Assembly (NCBI GenBank): GCA_963822445.1
Contig: CAWGHO010000003.1
Location: 1,792,333 to 1,856,332 of the forward strand
DNA length: 64,000 bases
Source of the DNA: an uncultured Acidobacteriota bacterium
GTDB lineage: Bacteria; Acidobacteriota; Thermoanaerobaculia; Gp7-AA8
Direction of reading: 5' to 3'
Part shown: one piece after another, positions 47,383-56,364 of the stretch
How the letters are laid out: every line of letters starts with the position of its first letter
How positions within the stretch are numbered: position 1 is the first letter of the stretch
Translations under genes and position numbers: made by a program
The notes under the pieces: model-generated
The model's database searches: none
Seen by the model: only the letters and a program-made list of their open reading frames with translations
Told to the model about the DNA's origin: nothing

Positions 47383-48138
47383 ATGAAGACCACAATGCCT
47401 CGTGTCGGGTGGGTTGGCAGGCTGATGGCCTTGCCTATCCTCCTTTCCCTCCTCACCGCCTGTTCCACGACCACGGTCGTGGCCACGCCGCCCGTGCCGG
47501 TCTCGGATGACGAAGATTTCAGCGATCTCATCGCCCAGATGCGGGCCGATCTGACCCGCCGCAAGAGCCGCGAGGTGGTCCAGACCGCGACGACGACGCC
47601 GACGGTCGACACGAAGAAGCAGCGCGACAAAGAGTTCGCCGCCCGGGCCCAGGAGCTGTGCGCGCCTCTCTCCCGCGCTTCCCTGGCCATGCCGGTCGTC
47701 GGCGTGCAGCCGTACGACCTCTACAACAGCTGGGGGCAACCGCGCGACGGCGGCCGCCGGAAACACCGCGGTATCGACATCTTCGCGCCGAAAGGCACGG
47801 GCGTCGTCGCAGTCGCGGACGGAATCATCAGCTTCATCGGCGAGCAGCCGAAAGGCGGCCAGTGCATCTGGCTGACCACCGAAGCCGGTGCCTCGTTCTA
47901 CTACGCGCATCTCGATCGCTGGGCACCCGGCCTCTACGAAGGCATGGAAGTCCGCACCGGCGATCTTCTCGGCTACGTCGGCAACACCGGCAACGCCAAG
48001 ACCACCCCTCCGCATCTCCATTTCGGGATCAACGACAACGACGAAATGGTGAACCCCTACCCTGTCCTCGCGAAGGCAACGCCGGTCAAGCGCGCGCGGG
48101 TGATGGTGGAAGCGGGCGGCTCAATGGGCACGCGGTAG
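47383..48138 (+). CDS. M23 family metallopeptidase lipoprotein
   Basis: Lipobox LLTACS; HRGIDIFAP..., YAHL, TGNAKTTPPHLHF. Confidence 0.85.
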   Translation: MKTTMPRVGWVGRLMALPILLSLLTACSTTTVVATPPVPVSDDEDFSDLIAQMRADLTRRKSREVVQTATTTPTVDTKKQRDKEFAARAQELCAPLSRASLAMPVVGVQPYDLYNSWGQPRDGGRRKHRGIDIFAPKGTGVVAVADGIISFIGEQPKGGQCIWLTTEAGASFYYAHLDRWAPGLYEGMEVRTGDLLGYVGNTGNAKTTPPHLHFGINDNDEMVNPYPVLAKATPVKRARVMVEAGGSMGTR

Positions 48139-48226
48139 TGGAGTGCGGCGGCTCTGCCGCCGCTTTCACATCGCGCGGAGCGCGGCTCCGCCGCGTCTCA
48201 AAGCGGTGGCAGAGCCACCGCACTCC
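48136..48226. repeat. palindromic repeat element, copy C (expanded central loop), between convergent M23 peptidase and folK; supplies the folK stop and last ~9 codons
   Basis: TAGTGGAGTGCGGCGGC-TCT-GCCGCCGC-TTTCACA...TCTCAAA-GCGGTGGC-AGA-GCCACCGC-ACTCC. Confidence 0.8.
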
Positions 48227-48722
48227 AAACCTCGGCTAACGGCTCGATCACGAACGACCTCTCACGCGCCCGCGGATGCGGCAACGTCAGCGTCTTCGTC
48301 CGCAGACGATGACCGCCGTGCAGGATCAGATCGAGATCGATGACCCGCGGCTCGTTTTTCCCACCGCGGCGTTTGCGTCCGAGGCGGCTCTCGATCTCGA
48401 GAAGCGCATCCATCAACGCCTCCGGGTCGAGCGACGTGTACCCGCTCAAGACCATGTTCAGAAACGGCGGGGGCGGCGCGTCGACCGGCTCGGTCTCGTG
48501 AATCGAGCTGAGTCGCACGACTCGCACGATATCGCCTAGAGCGTGAACGGCACGAAGCAGGTTGTAGCGGCGGTCGCCGAGGTTCGAGCCGAGGGCGATG
48601 ACAACAGAGCTAGTGATGCTCGATGTTGATGTCGTTGGTGAGCTCGTTGACGTCGGCGTGCGCGCGCGGGAAGTAGTGCCGGAGCTCTTCCCCCGCGCTG
48701 TGAATGGCTTCGACGATGCCAT
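48198..48722 (-). CDS. folK: 2-amino-4-hydroxy-6-hydroxymethyldihydropteridine pyrophosphokinase
   Basis: VVIALGSNLGDR...PFLNMVL...PRVIDLDLIL signature. No ATG/GTG/TTG between the Ser/Thr-rich 38-aa N-terminal extension and the conserved core, so the start is uncertain and the ORF overlaps the upstream TPM gene by 112 nt. Confidence 0.7.
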   Translation of the reverse strand: MASSKPFTARGKSSGTTSRARTPTSTSSPTTSTSSITSSVVIALGSNLGDRRYNLLRAVHALGDIVRVVRLSSIHETEPVDAPPPPFLNMVLSGYTSLDPEALMDALLEIESRLGRKRRGGKNEPRVIDLDLILHGGHRLRTKTLTLPHPRARERSFVIEPLAEVWSAVALPPL

Positions 48723-49050
48723 CGGTGAACTCTCCGTTCTTGAAGCGGATGGTCAGCTTCGCCGCGATCTCGTCCCAGAACCCGGCCGGCACTTTCTCGT
48801 CGATGCCCTTGTCGCCGAGGATCACGAAGCGCTGTTCCTCGGAGGCGATGAAGAGCAGGACACCGTTGCGAAGATCGGTCTTGGTCATCCCCAGCCGCTC
48901 GAACGTGCGCTCGGCAACCTCGCGGATCTCGCCGCGCGCCTTCGGCTCGATGTGCACGCGAATCTCGCCCGAGGTCATCTCCTCGGCCGTGCAGATCGCC
49001 TTGACCACCCGGTCCTGATCGACCGCGTCGATGAATGTCTTGTGGTTCAT
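48610..49050 (-). CDS. TPM-domain protein (cytoplasmic, second of pair)
   Basis: NGVLLFIASEEQRFVILGDKGIDEKVP...DGIVEAI parallels the TPM core of the upstream gene; TGATG stop/start overlap. Confidence 0.55.
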   Translation of the reverse strand: MNHKTFIDAVDQDRVVKAICTAEEMTSGEIRVHIEPKARGEIREVAERTFERLGMTKTDLRNGVLLFIASEEQRFVILGDKGIDEKVPAGFWDEIAAKLTIRFKNGEFTDGIVEAIHSAGEELRHYFPRAHADVNELTNDINIEHH

Positions 49051-49820
49051 CACCAGCCCCCTGTCGCGCCACCGCCACCGAAGCTGCCCCCGCCACCCGA
49101 AAACCCGCCGCCCCCGCCAAAACCACCGCCGCCGCCGAATCCGCCGCCGCCGAACGTCACCCCTCCGCCGCCGAACGGGATAAACAGCGGGATGCATCCG
49201 CCGCAACCACCGCCACCGCGTCGGCGGCTGAGCATCGGCAGGATGAAGAACACGACGATGACCACGATGAAGATGAGCAGCTGGACGTCGATGCCCTCTT
49301 CGCGCGCAGGCTGTCCCGATGGTTGCAGCGGCTCGACCGGTTTCTCGCCGGTGCGGATGCGCCGCATGATCTCGTCGGCCGCGGCGTTGAGGCCGGCGGC
49401 GTAGGCGCCGTTCCGGAAGTGCGGGCCGATCTGCTCCTCGATCACGCGCCGCGAGACGGCATCGGTGATCGTCCCTTCGAGACCGTAGCCGACCTCGACG
49501 CGAACCTTGCGCTCCTGGATGAAGACGAAGAGCACCAGGCCGTTGTCGTACTTCTTCTGGCCGACCTTCCACTTCTCCACGCAGCGGATGGTGAAGTCCT
49601 CGATGGACTCCCCTCCCACGGTCGGGAAGATGTAGATGATGAATTGAGCGCCGCTCTCCTGCTCGAAGTTCTTCAGCTTCGTGTCGAGGATCGCCGCTTC
49701 GGTTGTCGGCACGACGCCGGCCGTGTCAGTGAACCAGCGATCGGGCGGCGGAGGGACCTCCAGCGCATGAAGCGACTGCGCGAAGAGGAAAAGAAAAAGA
49801 AGAAGACGGATGGGGCGCAC
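49050..49820 (-). CDS. TPM-domain (TLP18.3/Psb32/MOLO-1-like) protein with TM helix and Gly-rich C-terminal tail
   Basis: Signal/TM N-terminus, NGLVLFVFIQERKVRVEVGYGLEG TPM core, TM segment, GGGGFGGGGG tail. Confidence 0.75.
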   Translation of the reverse strand: MRPIRLLLFLFLFAQSLHALEVPPPPDRWFTDTAGVVPTTEAAILDTKLKNFEQESGAQFIIYIFPTVGGESIEDFTIRCVEKWKVGQKKYDNGLVLFVFIQERKVRVEVGYGLEGTITDAVSRRVIEEQIGPHFRNGAYAAGLNAAADEIMRRIRTGEKPVEPLQPSGQPAREEGIDVQLLIFIVVIVVFFILPMLSRRRGGGGCGGCIPLFIPFGGGGVTFGGGGFGGGGGFGGGGGFSGGGGSFGGGGATGGW

Positions 49821-49833
49821 CGAGTGTGCGCCC

Positions 49834-50460
49834 CTAGAAGTTGAACTGGACGTTCGGAGCCTGGCTGCTGCCTGCAGCGCCCTTGAAGTAAGCCTTCGGT
49901 TTGAATCCGCTCATGCTCGCGACGAGGCTCGCCGGGAACTTGCGGATGGCGATGTTGTACGTCGACGCCACCTGGTTGAAGCGCTGCCGCTCGACGGCAA
50001 TGCGGTTCTCGGTTCCTTCGAGTTGCGACTGCAACTCGAGGAAGTTCTTGTTCGACTTGAGGTCGGGATACTGCTCGACGACGACGAGCAGTCGCGAGAG
50101 CGCACCGGAAAGGCCGGCCTGGGCCTGCTCGAACTCGGCGAGCTTCGCCGGATCGTTCGGAATGGCGGTACCGGACCCCGGAGGACCACTCGGCGCGGCA
50201 ACCTGTCCGACGCGCGCACGGGCATTGACGACCGCTTCGAGCGTCGACTTCTCGAAATTCGCCGCGCCCTGAACGGTGCGCACGAGATTCGGGATGAGGT
50301 CGTAGCGCCGCTGGTACTGGCTCTCGACCTGCGCCCATTGCGAGTTGACCTGCTCGTCGAGGCCGACCAGGTTGTTGCGGACACCGACGAAATATCCGCC
50401 GAAAATGAGGACCGCGAGAATCAGCGCTCCGACACAACCCAGCAGTCCAAGATTTTTCAT
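49834..50460 (-). CDS. lemA: LemA family protein
   Basis: N-terminal TM plus LemA core (NNLVGLDEQVNSQWAQVESQYQRRYDLIPNLV); canonical LemA-TPM-TPM operon. Confidence 0.8.
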   Translation of the reverse strand: MKNLGLLGCVGALILAVLIFGGYFVGVRNNLVGLDEQVNSQWAQVESQYQRRYDLIPNLVRTVQGAANFEKSTLEAVVNARARVGQVAAPSGPPGSGTAIPNDPAKLAEFEQAQAGLSGALSRLLVVVEQYPDLKSNKNFLELQSQLEGTENRIAVERQRFNQVASTYNIAIRKFPASLVASMSGFKPKAYFKGAAGSSQAPNVQFNF

Positions 50461-50461
50461 A

Positions 50462-50773
50462 TCAGTACTCTTCTTCTTCCTCTTCCGGCTCTTCTTCGCG
50501 GGTATCGACCGCGAAATCCTCTTCTTCTTCGCCTTCCGCAGCTTCGCTGCTGGGCGCCGCCGGAGTGAAATCCTCGTCCTCGGCCGGCTCGTCTACGACC
50601 GCGGCCGCGGCTGCACGCGAAGCGGCAGCGCGCCGGGAGGTCGTGTAAACCGGGGTGTCATCCGCGTCCCGCTGATCCGCGCCGCACTTCGGGCAAAGCG
50701 GAACGGGCTTGCCGAGGTCGTAGAACTTCGTGTGGCAGCTATAGCAGGTGTACTTTCTTCCCAGCTCAGGCAT
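50462..50773 (-). CDS. zinc-ribbon domain protein with acidic C-terminal tail
   Basis: YTCYSCHTKFYDLGKPVPLCPKCGA (CxxC...CxxC); poly-Glu tail. Confidence 0.6.
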   Translation of the reverse strand: MPELGRKYTCYSCHTKFYDLGKPVPLCPKCGADQRDADDTPVYTTSRRAAASRAAAAAVVDEPAEDEDFTPAAPSSEAAEGEEEEDFAVDTREEEPEEEEEEY

Positions 50774-50823
50774 GTGTGTGTGGATCCCCTTCCAAAAAAC
50801 GGGCGAAGGCTAGCATAAAAGAC

Positions 50824-50909
50824 AGTAGGCGGTAGGCAGTAGGCGGCAGGCGGGGGAACGGGGCCGTTGAGTCTCCCGCCTACCGCCTACCGCAAACCGC
50901 CTACTCGTC
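50824..50909. repeat. long imperfect hairpin built from GTAGGCR heptamers (family 2, copy 2), between the ctp gene 3' end and the Zn-ribbon/lemA operon 5' end
   Basis: 5' arm AGTAGGCGGTAGGCAGTAGGCGGCAGGCGGGGG; 3' arm CCCGCCTACCGCCTACCGCAAACCGCCTACTCGTCTGCCTACT. Confidence 0.7.
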
Positions 50910-50912
50910 TGC

Positions 50913-52583
50913 CTACTCCGTCTTGGGATTAGCCTGTGCGGCCCTCGTGCCTGCCTGACCGGACTGGCTCTCGGAGCCGCGCGAGCGTGCGTCCGCGGCC
51001 ACGGTGGCGAGCTTCTGGGCCTCGGGGAAGAGCTCCAGGGCCTTTTCGACCTGGGCGTCGCCCTGGAGGCGGTAGGGGTAAGAGGCGTCGAAGCCGTATT
51101 TCGCGGCGACGATCTCCGCTTTGAGGGCGCGCTCGATGTACTTGCGGTCGTCGGGCTTGGTCAGCGCCTCGCGGATGTCGTGCTCGGGCGCGACTTCCTT
51201 GTCGACGGCGAAGCGAACGAACTGCTCGACGATGGCCGGCGTGATCGCGATCTCTTTGCTGAGATCCGGGTTCTTCGCCGCGTATTCGACGGCGTAATTG
51301 AAGATCGTGCTGCGGACTTCGAGAAGCTGCGTGGTGCGCGAGAGCGTCGGCTGCTTGACGATCGCATCCGGCGTGATGCCGCCACCGCCGTAAACGATCC
51401 GGCCCGTGTCGGTGCGGAACTTCTCCCGCTGCTCGAGCGGCACTTCCGGCCCGTTCTCGGTCTCGTCGGCCATGTAGTAGTCGTAGACCGAGGTGAAGTC
51501 GCGCTGGATGTTGCGGCCGGCGGGGGTGAAGTACTTCGACGTCGTGAGCGCGAGGCCCGCGCCGTACTGCAGCGTGTAGACGCTCTGTACGAGACCCTTG
51601 CCCCAGCTGGTCTCGCCGACGACGAGACCGCGGTCGTGGTCCTGAATCGCGCCGGCGACGATCTCGGATGCCGAGGCGCTGCCGCGGTTGACGAGGACGA
51701 CCAGCGGCTTGTCGAACTTCTCCTGCTTGCCCGGCGCCGTGTACTCCTGCGCCGAATCCGCGGTGCGGCCCTTGGTGTAGACGACCATCTGCCCCTTGTC
51801 GAGGAAGTGATCGGAAACGCCGACGGCCGCGTCGAGCAGGCCGCCCGGGTTCATGCGCAGGTCGAGGACGAGCTTCTGCATGCCCTGCTCTTCGAGCTTG
51901 TCGATCGCGTCGGCGAGCTCGCGGACGGTCGTCGAGGTGAAGTCCTTGAGGCGGATGTAGCCGACGCCCGGACGGATCATCAGGACGTTGGAGATCGAGT
52001 TGGTGGGGATCGCGGCGCGGACGATCGTGAGCGGAATCGGCTCTTTCATCCCGACGCGCTTGATCTTGATGTTGACCGTGGTGCCTTTCGGCCCCTTCAG
52101 GCGCTTGACCGTTTCGTCGAGGGTGAGGTCTTCCGTGGCCACGCCTTCGACTTCGGAGATGACGTCCCCGGCGCGGATGCCCAGGCGGGCGGCCGGGGTG
52201 CCTTCGAGCGGCGTGATGACCGTGACCTGGTCGTTCCGCTTCGTCACCAGGATGCCCAGGCCGTAGAACGTGCCCTTCTGGCGATCCTGCATGTCCGAGT
52301 ACTCCTTCGGCTCGAGGAAGGAGGTGTGCGGATCGAGCGTGCGCAGCATGCCGTCGATCGAGGCGTAGACGAACTTGTCCGAGCCGATGTCCTCGGCCGA
52401 GTAGGTCGTCACCGCGCTGAGCAGATCGGTGTACTCCCGCATCCGCTTCTGCACTTCCGAGTTCTGCATCGGAGCGCCGAACAGGCGGTTGCCGTAGAAA
52501 CCGCCCATGAGCGTCGCACCGGCGATCGCGACGAGCAGCGTGAGCGAGAACGTCCACTTCTCAGTCTTTTGCACTTTGGCCAT
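50913..52583 (-). CDS. ctpA: carboxyl-terminal processing protease (S41 family, PDZ domain)
   Basis: N-terminal TM, PDZ, S41 catalytic region (GSASASEIVAGA ... TSWGKGLVQ). Confidence 0.88.
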   Translation of the reverse strand: MAKVQKTEKWTFSLTLLVAIAGATLMGGFYGNRLFGAPMQNSEVQKRMREYTDLLSAVTTYSAEDIGSDKFVYASIDGMLRTLDPHTSFLEPKEYSDMQDRQKGTFYGLGILVTKRNDQVTVITPLEGTPAARLGIRAGDVISEVEGVATEDLTLDETVKRLKGPKGTTVNIKIKRVGMKEPIPLTIVRAAIPTNSISNVLMIRPGVGYIRLKDFTSTTVRELADAIDKLEEQGMQKLVLDLRMNPGGLLDAAVGVSDHFLDKGQMVVYTKGRTADSAQEYTAPGKQEKFDKPLVVLVNRGSASASEIVAGAIQDHDRGLVVGETSWGKGLVQSVYTLQYGAGLALTTSKYFTPAGRNIQRDFTSVYDYYMADETENGPEVPLEQREKFRTDTGRIVYGGGGITPDAIVKQPTLSRTTQLLEVRSTIFNYAVEYAAKNPDLSKEIAITPAIVEQFVRFAVDKEVAPEHDIREALTKPDDRKYIERALKAEIVAAKYGFDASYPYRLQGDAQVEKALELFPEAQKLATVAADARSRGSESQSGQAGTRAAQANPKTE

Positions 52584-52708
52584 AGTCTCAGCGCCCTACG
52601 ATAAACTTTGCGATGGTAACGCGTTTAGTGAGACGGAGTATTCATCGGAAGGTTGCTGTTCACGCCGCCGTCACACCGTTCCAATCGTTCGCGAAAGTCC
52701 TCACATAA

Positions 52709-53053
52709 ATGTTCGGCTCACTCGGAGTTCCCGAGCTACTGCTCATCTTCGTCGTCATCCTGATCGTGTTCGGGCCGCGGAGGATTCCGGAGATCGGCCG
52801 CACCCTCGGCAAGGCCCTCGGCGAGTTCCGCAAAGCCACCGACGACCTCAAGAGCACCATCGAGCGCGAGGTACGGCTCGAAGAGCTCAAGAAGATCACC
52901 CCTCCGACGCTGGAATCGATCATTACGCCTTTCGAATCGGTATCAAGGAATGAGCCATCGGAGGTTCCGCCCGCCGAGGCCGCGCCCGAGCCCGCTCCTG
53001 TCGCCGAAACCGTGCCGGAGTCCGTCACGCCCGCAGCGTCGCGCGCCGAGTAA
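52709..53053 (+). CDS. tatA: twin-arginine translocase TatA/TatB family protein
   Basis: MFGSLGVPELLLIFVVILIVFGPRRIPEIGRTLGKALGEFRKA. Confidence 0.8.
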   Translation: MFGSLGVPELLLIFVVILIVFGPRRIPEIGRTLGKALGEFRKATDDLKSTIEREVRLEELKKITPPTLESIITPFESVSRNEPSEVPPAEAAPEPAPVAETVPESVTPAASRAE

Positions 53054-53056
53054 CGA

Positions 53057-53818
53057 ATGGCCGCCGATCCCACCATCGATACGCAGGATCCCGATGCCGA
53101 GCTCCCCAAGATGGGGTTCCTCGATCACCTCGAGGAGCTTCGCAAGCGCCTGATGATCTCGCTGATCGCGGTTGCGGTCGGCTTCCTGGCGTGCTGGGCC
53201 TTTGCGGAGGAGATCTTCGGCTACCTGCAGGCGCCGCTGACCCGGTTCCTGCCGCCCGGCGACAAGCTCGCCTTCACCCGCCTGACCGCGCCGTTTTTCC
53301 TATACATGAAGGTGGCTTTCTTCGCGGGCCTCTTCGTCGCCGCGCCGGTGATCCTGCTGCAGCTCTGGCTCTTCATCGCGCCCGGCCTGTACAAGAAGGA
53401 GCGCCGCCTGGCCGCGCCGTTCATCATCTTCGGCTCGGTCTTCTTCATCGCCGGCGGCTACTTCGGCTATCGCTACCTGCTCCCGGCGACGTGCAGCTTC
53501 TTCGTCGAGACCGGCAAGCAGTTCAAGCAGATGGTGACCGTCGACGATTACTTCGGCTTTGCCAGCGTGATCATCCTCGCCACCGGCGTGGTCTTCGAGA
53601 CCCCGATCCTGATCTTCTTCCTGGCCCGCCTGGGCATCGTGACGCCGGCGTTCCTGATGCAGAAGTTCAAATACGCGATCGTGCTGGCGTTCGTGATCTC
53701 CGCGGTCATCACCCCGACGCCGGACATGGTGACTCAGGCCGCGCTGGCCATCCCGATGATCCTGCTCTACCTGCTGGGCGTGGGCGTGGCGTACCTGTTC
53801 GCGAAGCCGATCGAGTGA
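53057..53818 (+). CDS. tatC: twin-arginine translocase subunit TatC
   Basis: LDHLEELRKRL, 6-TM TatC core. Confidence 0.88.
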   Translation: MAADPTIDTQDPDAELPKMGFLDHLEELRKRLMISLIAVAVGFLACWAFAEEIFGYLQAPLTRFLPPGDKLAFTRLTAPFFLYMKVAFFAGLFVAAPVILLQLWLFIAPGLYKKERRLAAPFIIFGSVFFIAGGYFGYRYLLPATCSFFVETGKQFKQMVTVDDYFGFASVIILATGVVFETPILIFFLARLGIVTPAFLMQKFKYAIVLAFVISAVITPTPDMVTQAALAIPMILLYLLGVGVAYLFAKPIE

Positions 53819-53822
53819 CCGG

Positions 53823-54322
53823 CTACCAGCTTCGTTCCCACTGCCACCAGCGGGGATGAATGCGGCGATAGGTGTCCTCGCCGATTCTCGGCGGCTCACT
53901 CTGGCTGAACACGACCCCGCAGTCGTCGAACATGCACTCGGTGGTGATCAGCCGAACGACGCCGCTGGACACGCGCTCTGTCTCCAACACCTTGAAAAGC
54001 GCGACGCGCCGCGGCTCGCGATTCGCGACGGCACTGGCGACGTATTGCTCCAGAGCCGGCCGGCTGACAAGAAATCGAACGCGAAATGGGGCGCCGGTCA
54101 GAATGAGTCCGAGGATTAGCAGGACCACGGTTGGCTCGAGCCAGATCCGGCTGAGGCGCTCGTGCCGGTAGCGGAGTGTGCTCGAGGCGATGACCCAGCC
54201 AAGGAGCATGGCGAAGCCGCCATAAAGAACCAGGAGTAAGGCCAGGACGGACAACCCCGCGTCGCTGCCGAGCCAGAGACTGGTTGCGCCCCAGACGGTG
54301 ACGATCGCGACGCGAAGGGCGC
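53823..54322 (-). CDS. hypothetical membrane protein (3 TM + soluble C-terminal domain)
   Basis: Protein-like C-terminal ~165 aa of ORF 53823..54569; GTG start inferred after the upstream small ORF; the N-terminal part of the long ORF is low-complexity. Confidence 0.35.
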
Positions 54323-54334
54323 GGATCACTGCCC

Positions 54335-54550
54335 TCAGCGTTCGACTTCGAAATCCGCCGAAACCGCGGGCAGGGCCTCGTTGAAGATGATTACCGTCTC
54401 CGCGATCGGAAACAGGACCGTGTGGTTCCGCGACTGCACTTCCAGCACGATCTCGTAGTAGCCGCTGTCGCTGATCGCGATCAGCGTGCCGGGCTTCCCC
54501 TTCACTTCGAGCGTGCGGTTGAAAATCGAAACCTTGGACGGAATCTCCAT
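54335..54550 (-). CDS. hypothetical 71-aa protein
   Basis: Compositionally protein-like (MEIPSKVSIFNRTLEVKGKPGTLIAISDSGYYEIVLEV...), lower Arg/Ala content than surrounding antisense ORFs. Confidence 0.35.
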   Translation of the reverse strand: MEIPSKVSIFNRTLEVKGKPGTLIAISDSGYYEIVLEVQSRNHTVLFPIAETVIIFNEALPAVSADFEVER

Positions 54551-54573
54551 GCGCGACGAACTCTAGCACGACG

Positions 54574-56364
54574 CTACGGGCGTCGTGGACCCCACACCAG
54601 CATGGTCAGTTTGAGGACCTGTTCGCGCGGCGGATCGACGTCGATGCGCAGCAGATTGGCCGGCCGTCCCTGCACGTCGTAGTCGCGATCGACGAAGCCG
54701 GGAGCACGCGCGATCCGGTCGATGACCTGGCCGTTGAAGGTGATGGTCACGTTCGCGTTGTCGTGCACGTTGAACGCGAGACGGAGCTTGGCGTCCCCTT
54801 CGACTCGCGGGAGTTGGATGGCCGACGTTCCCGACATCCATCGCCATTCGAATCGCCCCGAGCGCTCCGGCGCACTCCAGCCGCTCACGAATCGCGGTCG
54901 CGCGATCAGAGGCCGCAAGGCAACGTCGTAGTAGTAGTGACGGGTGATGTTCCAGAGGTTGCCCCGCTCCCGCGCGAAGAGCGTCCCGCCACTTCCCCCT
55001 CCCCGCGCCTCGGCAAGCACGATGGCCCGATGCCCGTTCGTCGTCAGCGGCATGGCCCTCTCCTCGGCCACCTGCAGAAACCCCAGTTGCGGCGCAAGGT
55101 ACTCGACGAACGGCACCATGCTGAAGCCGACATACAACTGATCGCGCACCGGATGAATTTGCGCGGCCGCAGCCTCGATCGCGCGCACCGGCGGCGATTT
55201 TTCGTTGCGCACCGGCGTGAGCGCGGGCCAGGTCCAGAGCACGAATGCGGCGATGAGCGCCGCGGCGACGACGCTCTCGTACTTGCGCGCCGCGCGTGAG
55301 ATGCCGTACGCGGCGAGGATCGCAAACAACGGCGCGTAGCCGATCGAGAAGCGGTTGACGCTGAAGCGGTCGAGCATCAGCCAGGTCATGACCGCCACCG
55401 GCGCAAAGGTCAGCGCCGCGTACAACACCGGTTTCTCGCGCGATCGAATGGCCGCCACGACGCCGAACAGCACGAAGATCGAGGTGATGATGCTCAGCGG
55501 CCGCGATTGGTACTGCAGCAGAAAAAAGCGATCGAAAAGACGCCAGAGCGGCGGGCGGTCGGGACTGCGGAACGAATCGACGCGGGCGATGTAGTCGCCA
55601 TGCTCGCGAACGGCGCGCATGTAGCGATCGATCCCGCCGGTCGCTTCGGCGGCGAACCAGAATGCGCCGCCGGCGATGGTGATGCCGAGGATCGCGGCGA
55701 GGGCGACGTCGCGCCAGTCCTTTCGGGCGCGATACCAGGTCGCGAAAAGGCCCGGCGCCAGTCCGATGAGGATGTTCTGCGGACGGATCCCGATGGCGAT
55801 GGCCAGCAGGAATGTGCCGAGGAGGTACCACTCTGAGCCGCGGCAGCCGCGGAAGAGAAGCGCGGCAGCCAGCGACGCGATGACGATCCCCGGGACGTCG
55901 CTCAGCGCCGTGCCGCCGAAGAACCAGACGTTCGGGAAGAACGCGCAGAGCGTCGCCGCCGTCGCCGCAACGGCGAAGCGGAAGCGGAGCTCGCGCGCGA
56001 GGAGGAAGATCGAGGGAAAAAGGAAGACGCCCGCCGTCAGACTGATCGACTGCAGCGCGCGGAAGTCGCTGCCCACGATCAAGCGCGCGACTTTGGCCAT
56101 GGCCATGAACGCGGGGAATCCCGGCGGATGGGGATGATGGCTGCTGACGTCGTACGCGCGCATCCCCAGGCAGAAAAGCGCTTCGTCCCAGCCCCAGATG
56201 GATCGGGCCATGGCCGCGAAGCGCGTGGCCGCGCAGAGCACGGCCAGGACCCAGAGGATGGTCCATTGGCGGCGCGTCAATGGGTCGGGAGGCTGAAGCA
56301 GATTCAAACGGGGGCGAATGTTACGCTGCCGGTCAATGCTCCGACGCGTGGTCATCCTGGCCAT
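54574..56364 (-). CDS. membrane glycosyltransferase of the ArnT/PMT (GT39/GT83-like, GT-C fold) family
   Basis: TM1 followed by the WGWDEALF loop motif, >10 TM helices, soluble C-terminal domain; start uncertain (ATG 56364 overlaps the divergent gene; an in-frame TTG lies at 56280). Confidence 0.7.
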   Translation of the reverse strand: MARMTTRRSIDRQRNIRPRLNLLQPPDPLTRRQWTILWVLAVLCAATRFAAMARSIWGWDEALFCLGMRAYDVSSHHPHPPGFPAFMAMAKVARLIVGSDFRALQSISLTAGVFLFPSIFLLARELRFRFAVAATAATLCAFFPNVWFFGGTALSDVPGIVIASLAAALLFRGCRGSEWYLLGTFLLAIAIGIRPQNILIGLAPGLFATWYRARKDWRDVALAAILGITIAGGAFWFAAEATGGIDRYMRAVREHGDYIARVDSFRSPDRPPLWRLFDRFFLLQYQSRPLSIITSIFVLFGVVAAIRSREKPVLYAALTFAPVAVMTWLMLDRFSVNRFSIGYAPLFAILAAYGISRAARKYESVVAAALIAAFVLWTWPALTPVRNEKSPPVRAIEAAAAQIHPVRDQLYVGFSMVPFVEYLAPQLGFLQVAEERAMPLTTNGHRAIVLAEARGGGSGGTLFARERGNLWNITRHYYYDVALRPLIARPRFVSGWSAPERSGRFEWRWMSGTSAIQLPRVEGDAKLRLAFNVHDNANVTITFNGQVIDRIARAPGFVDRDYDVQGRPANLLRIDVDPPREQVLKLTMLVWGPRRP

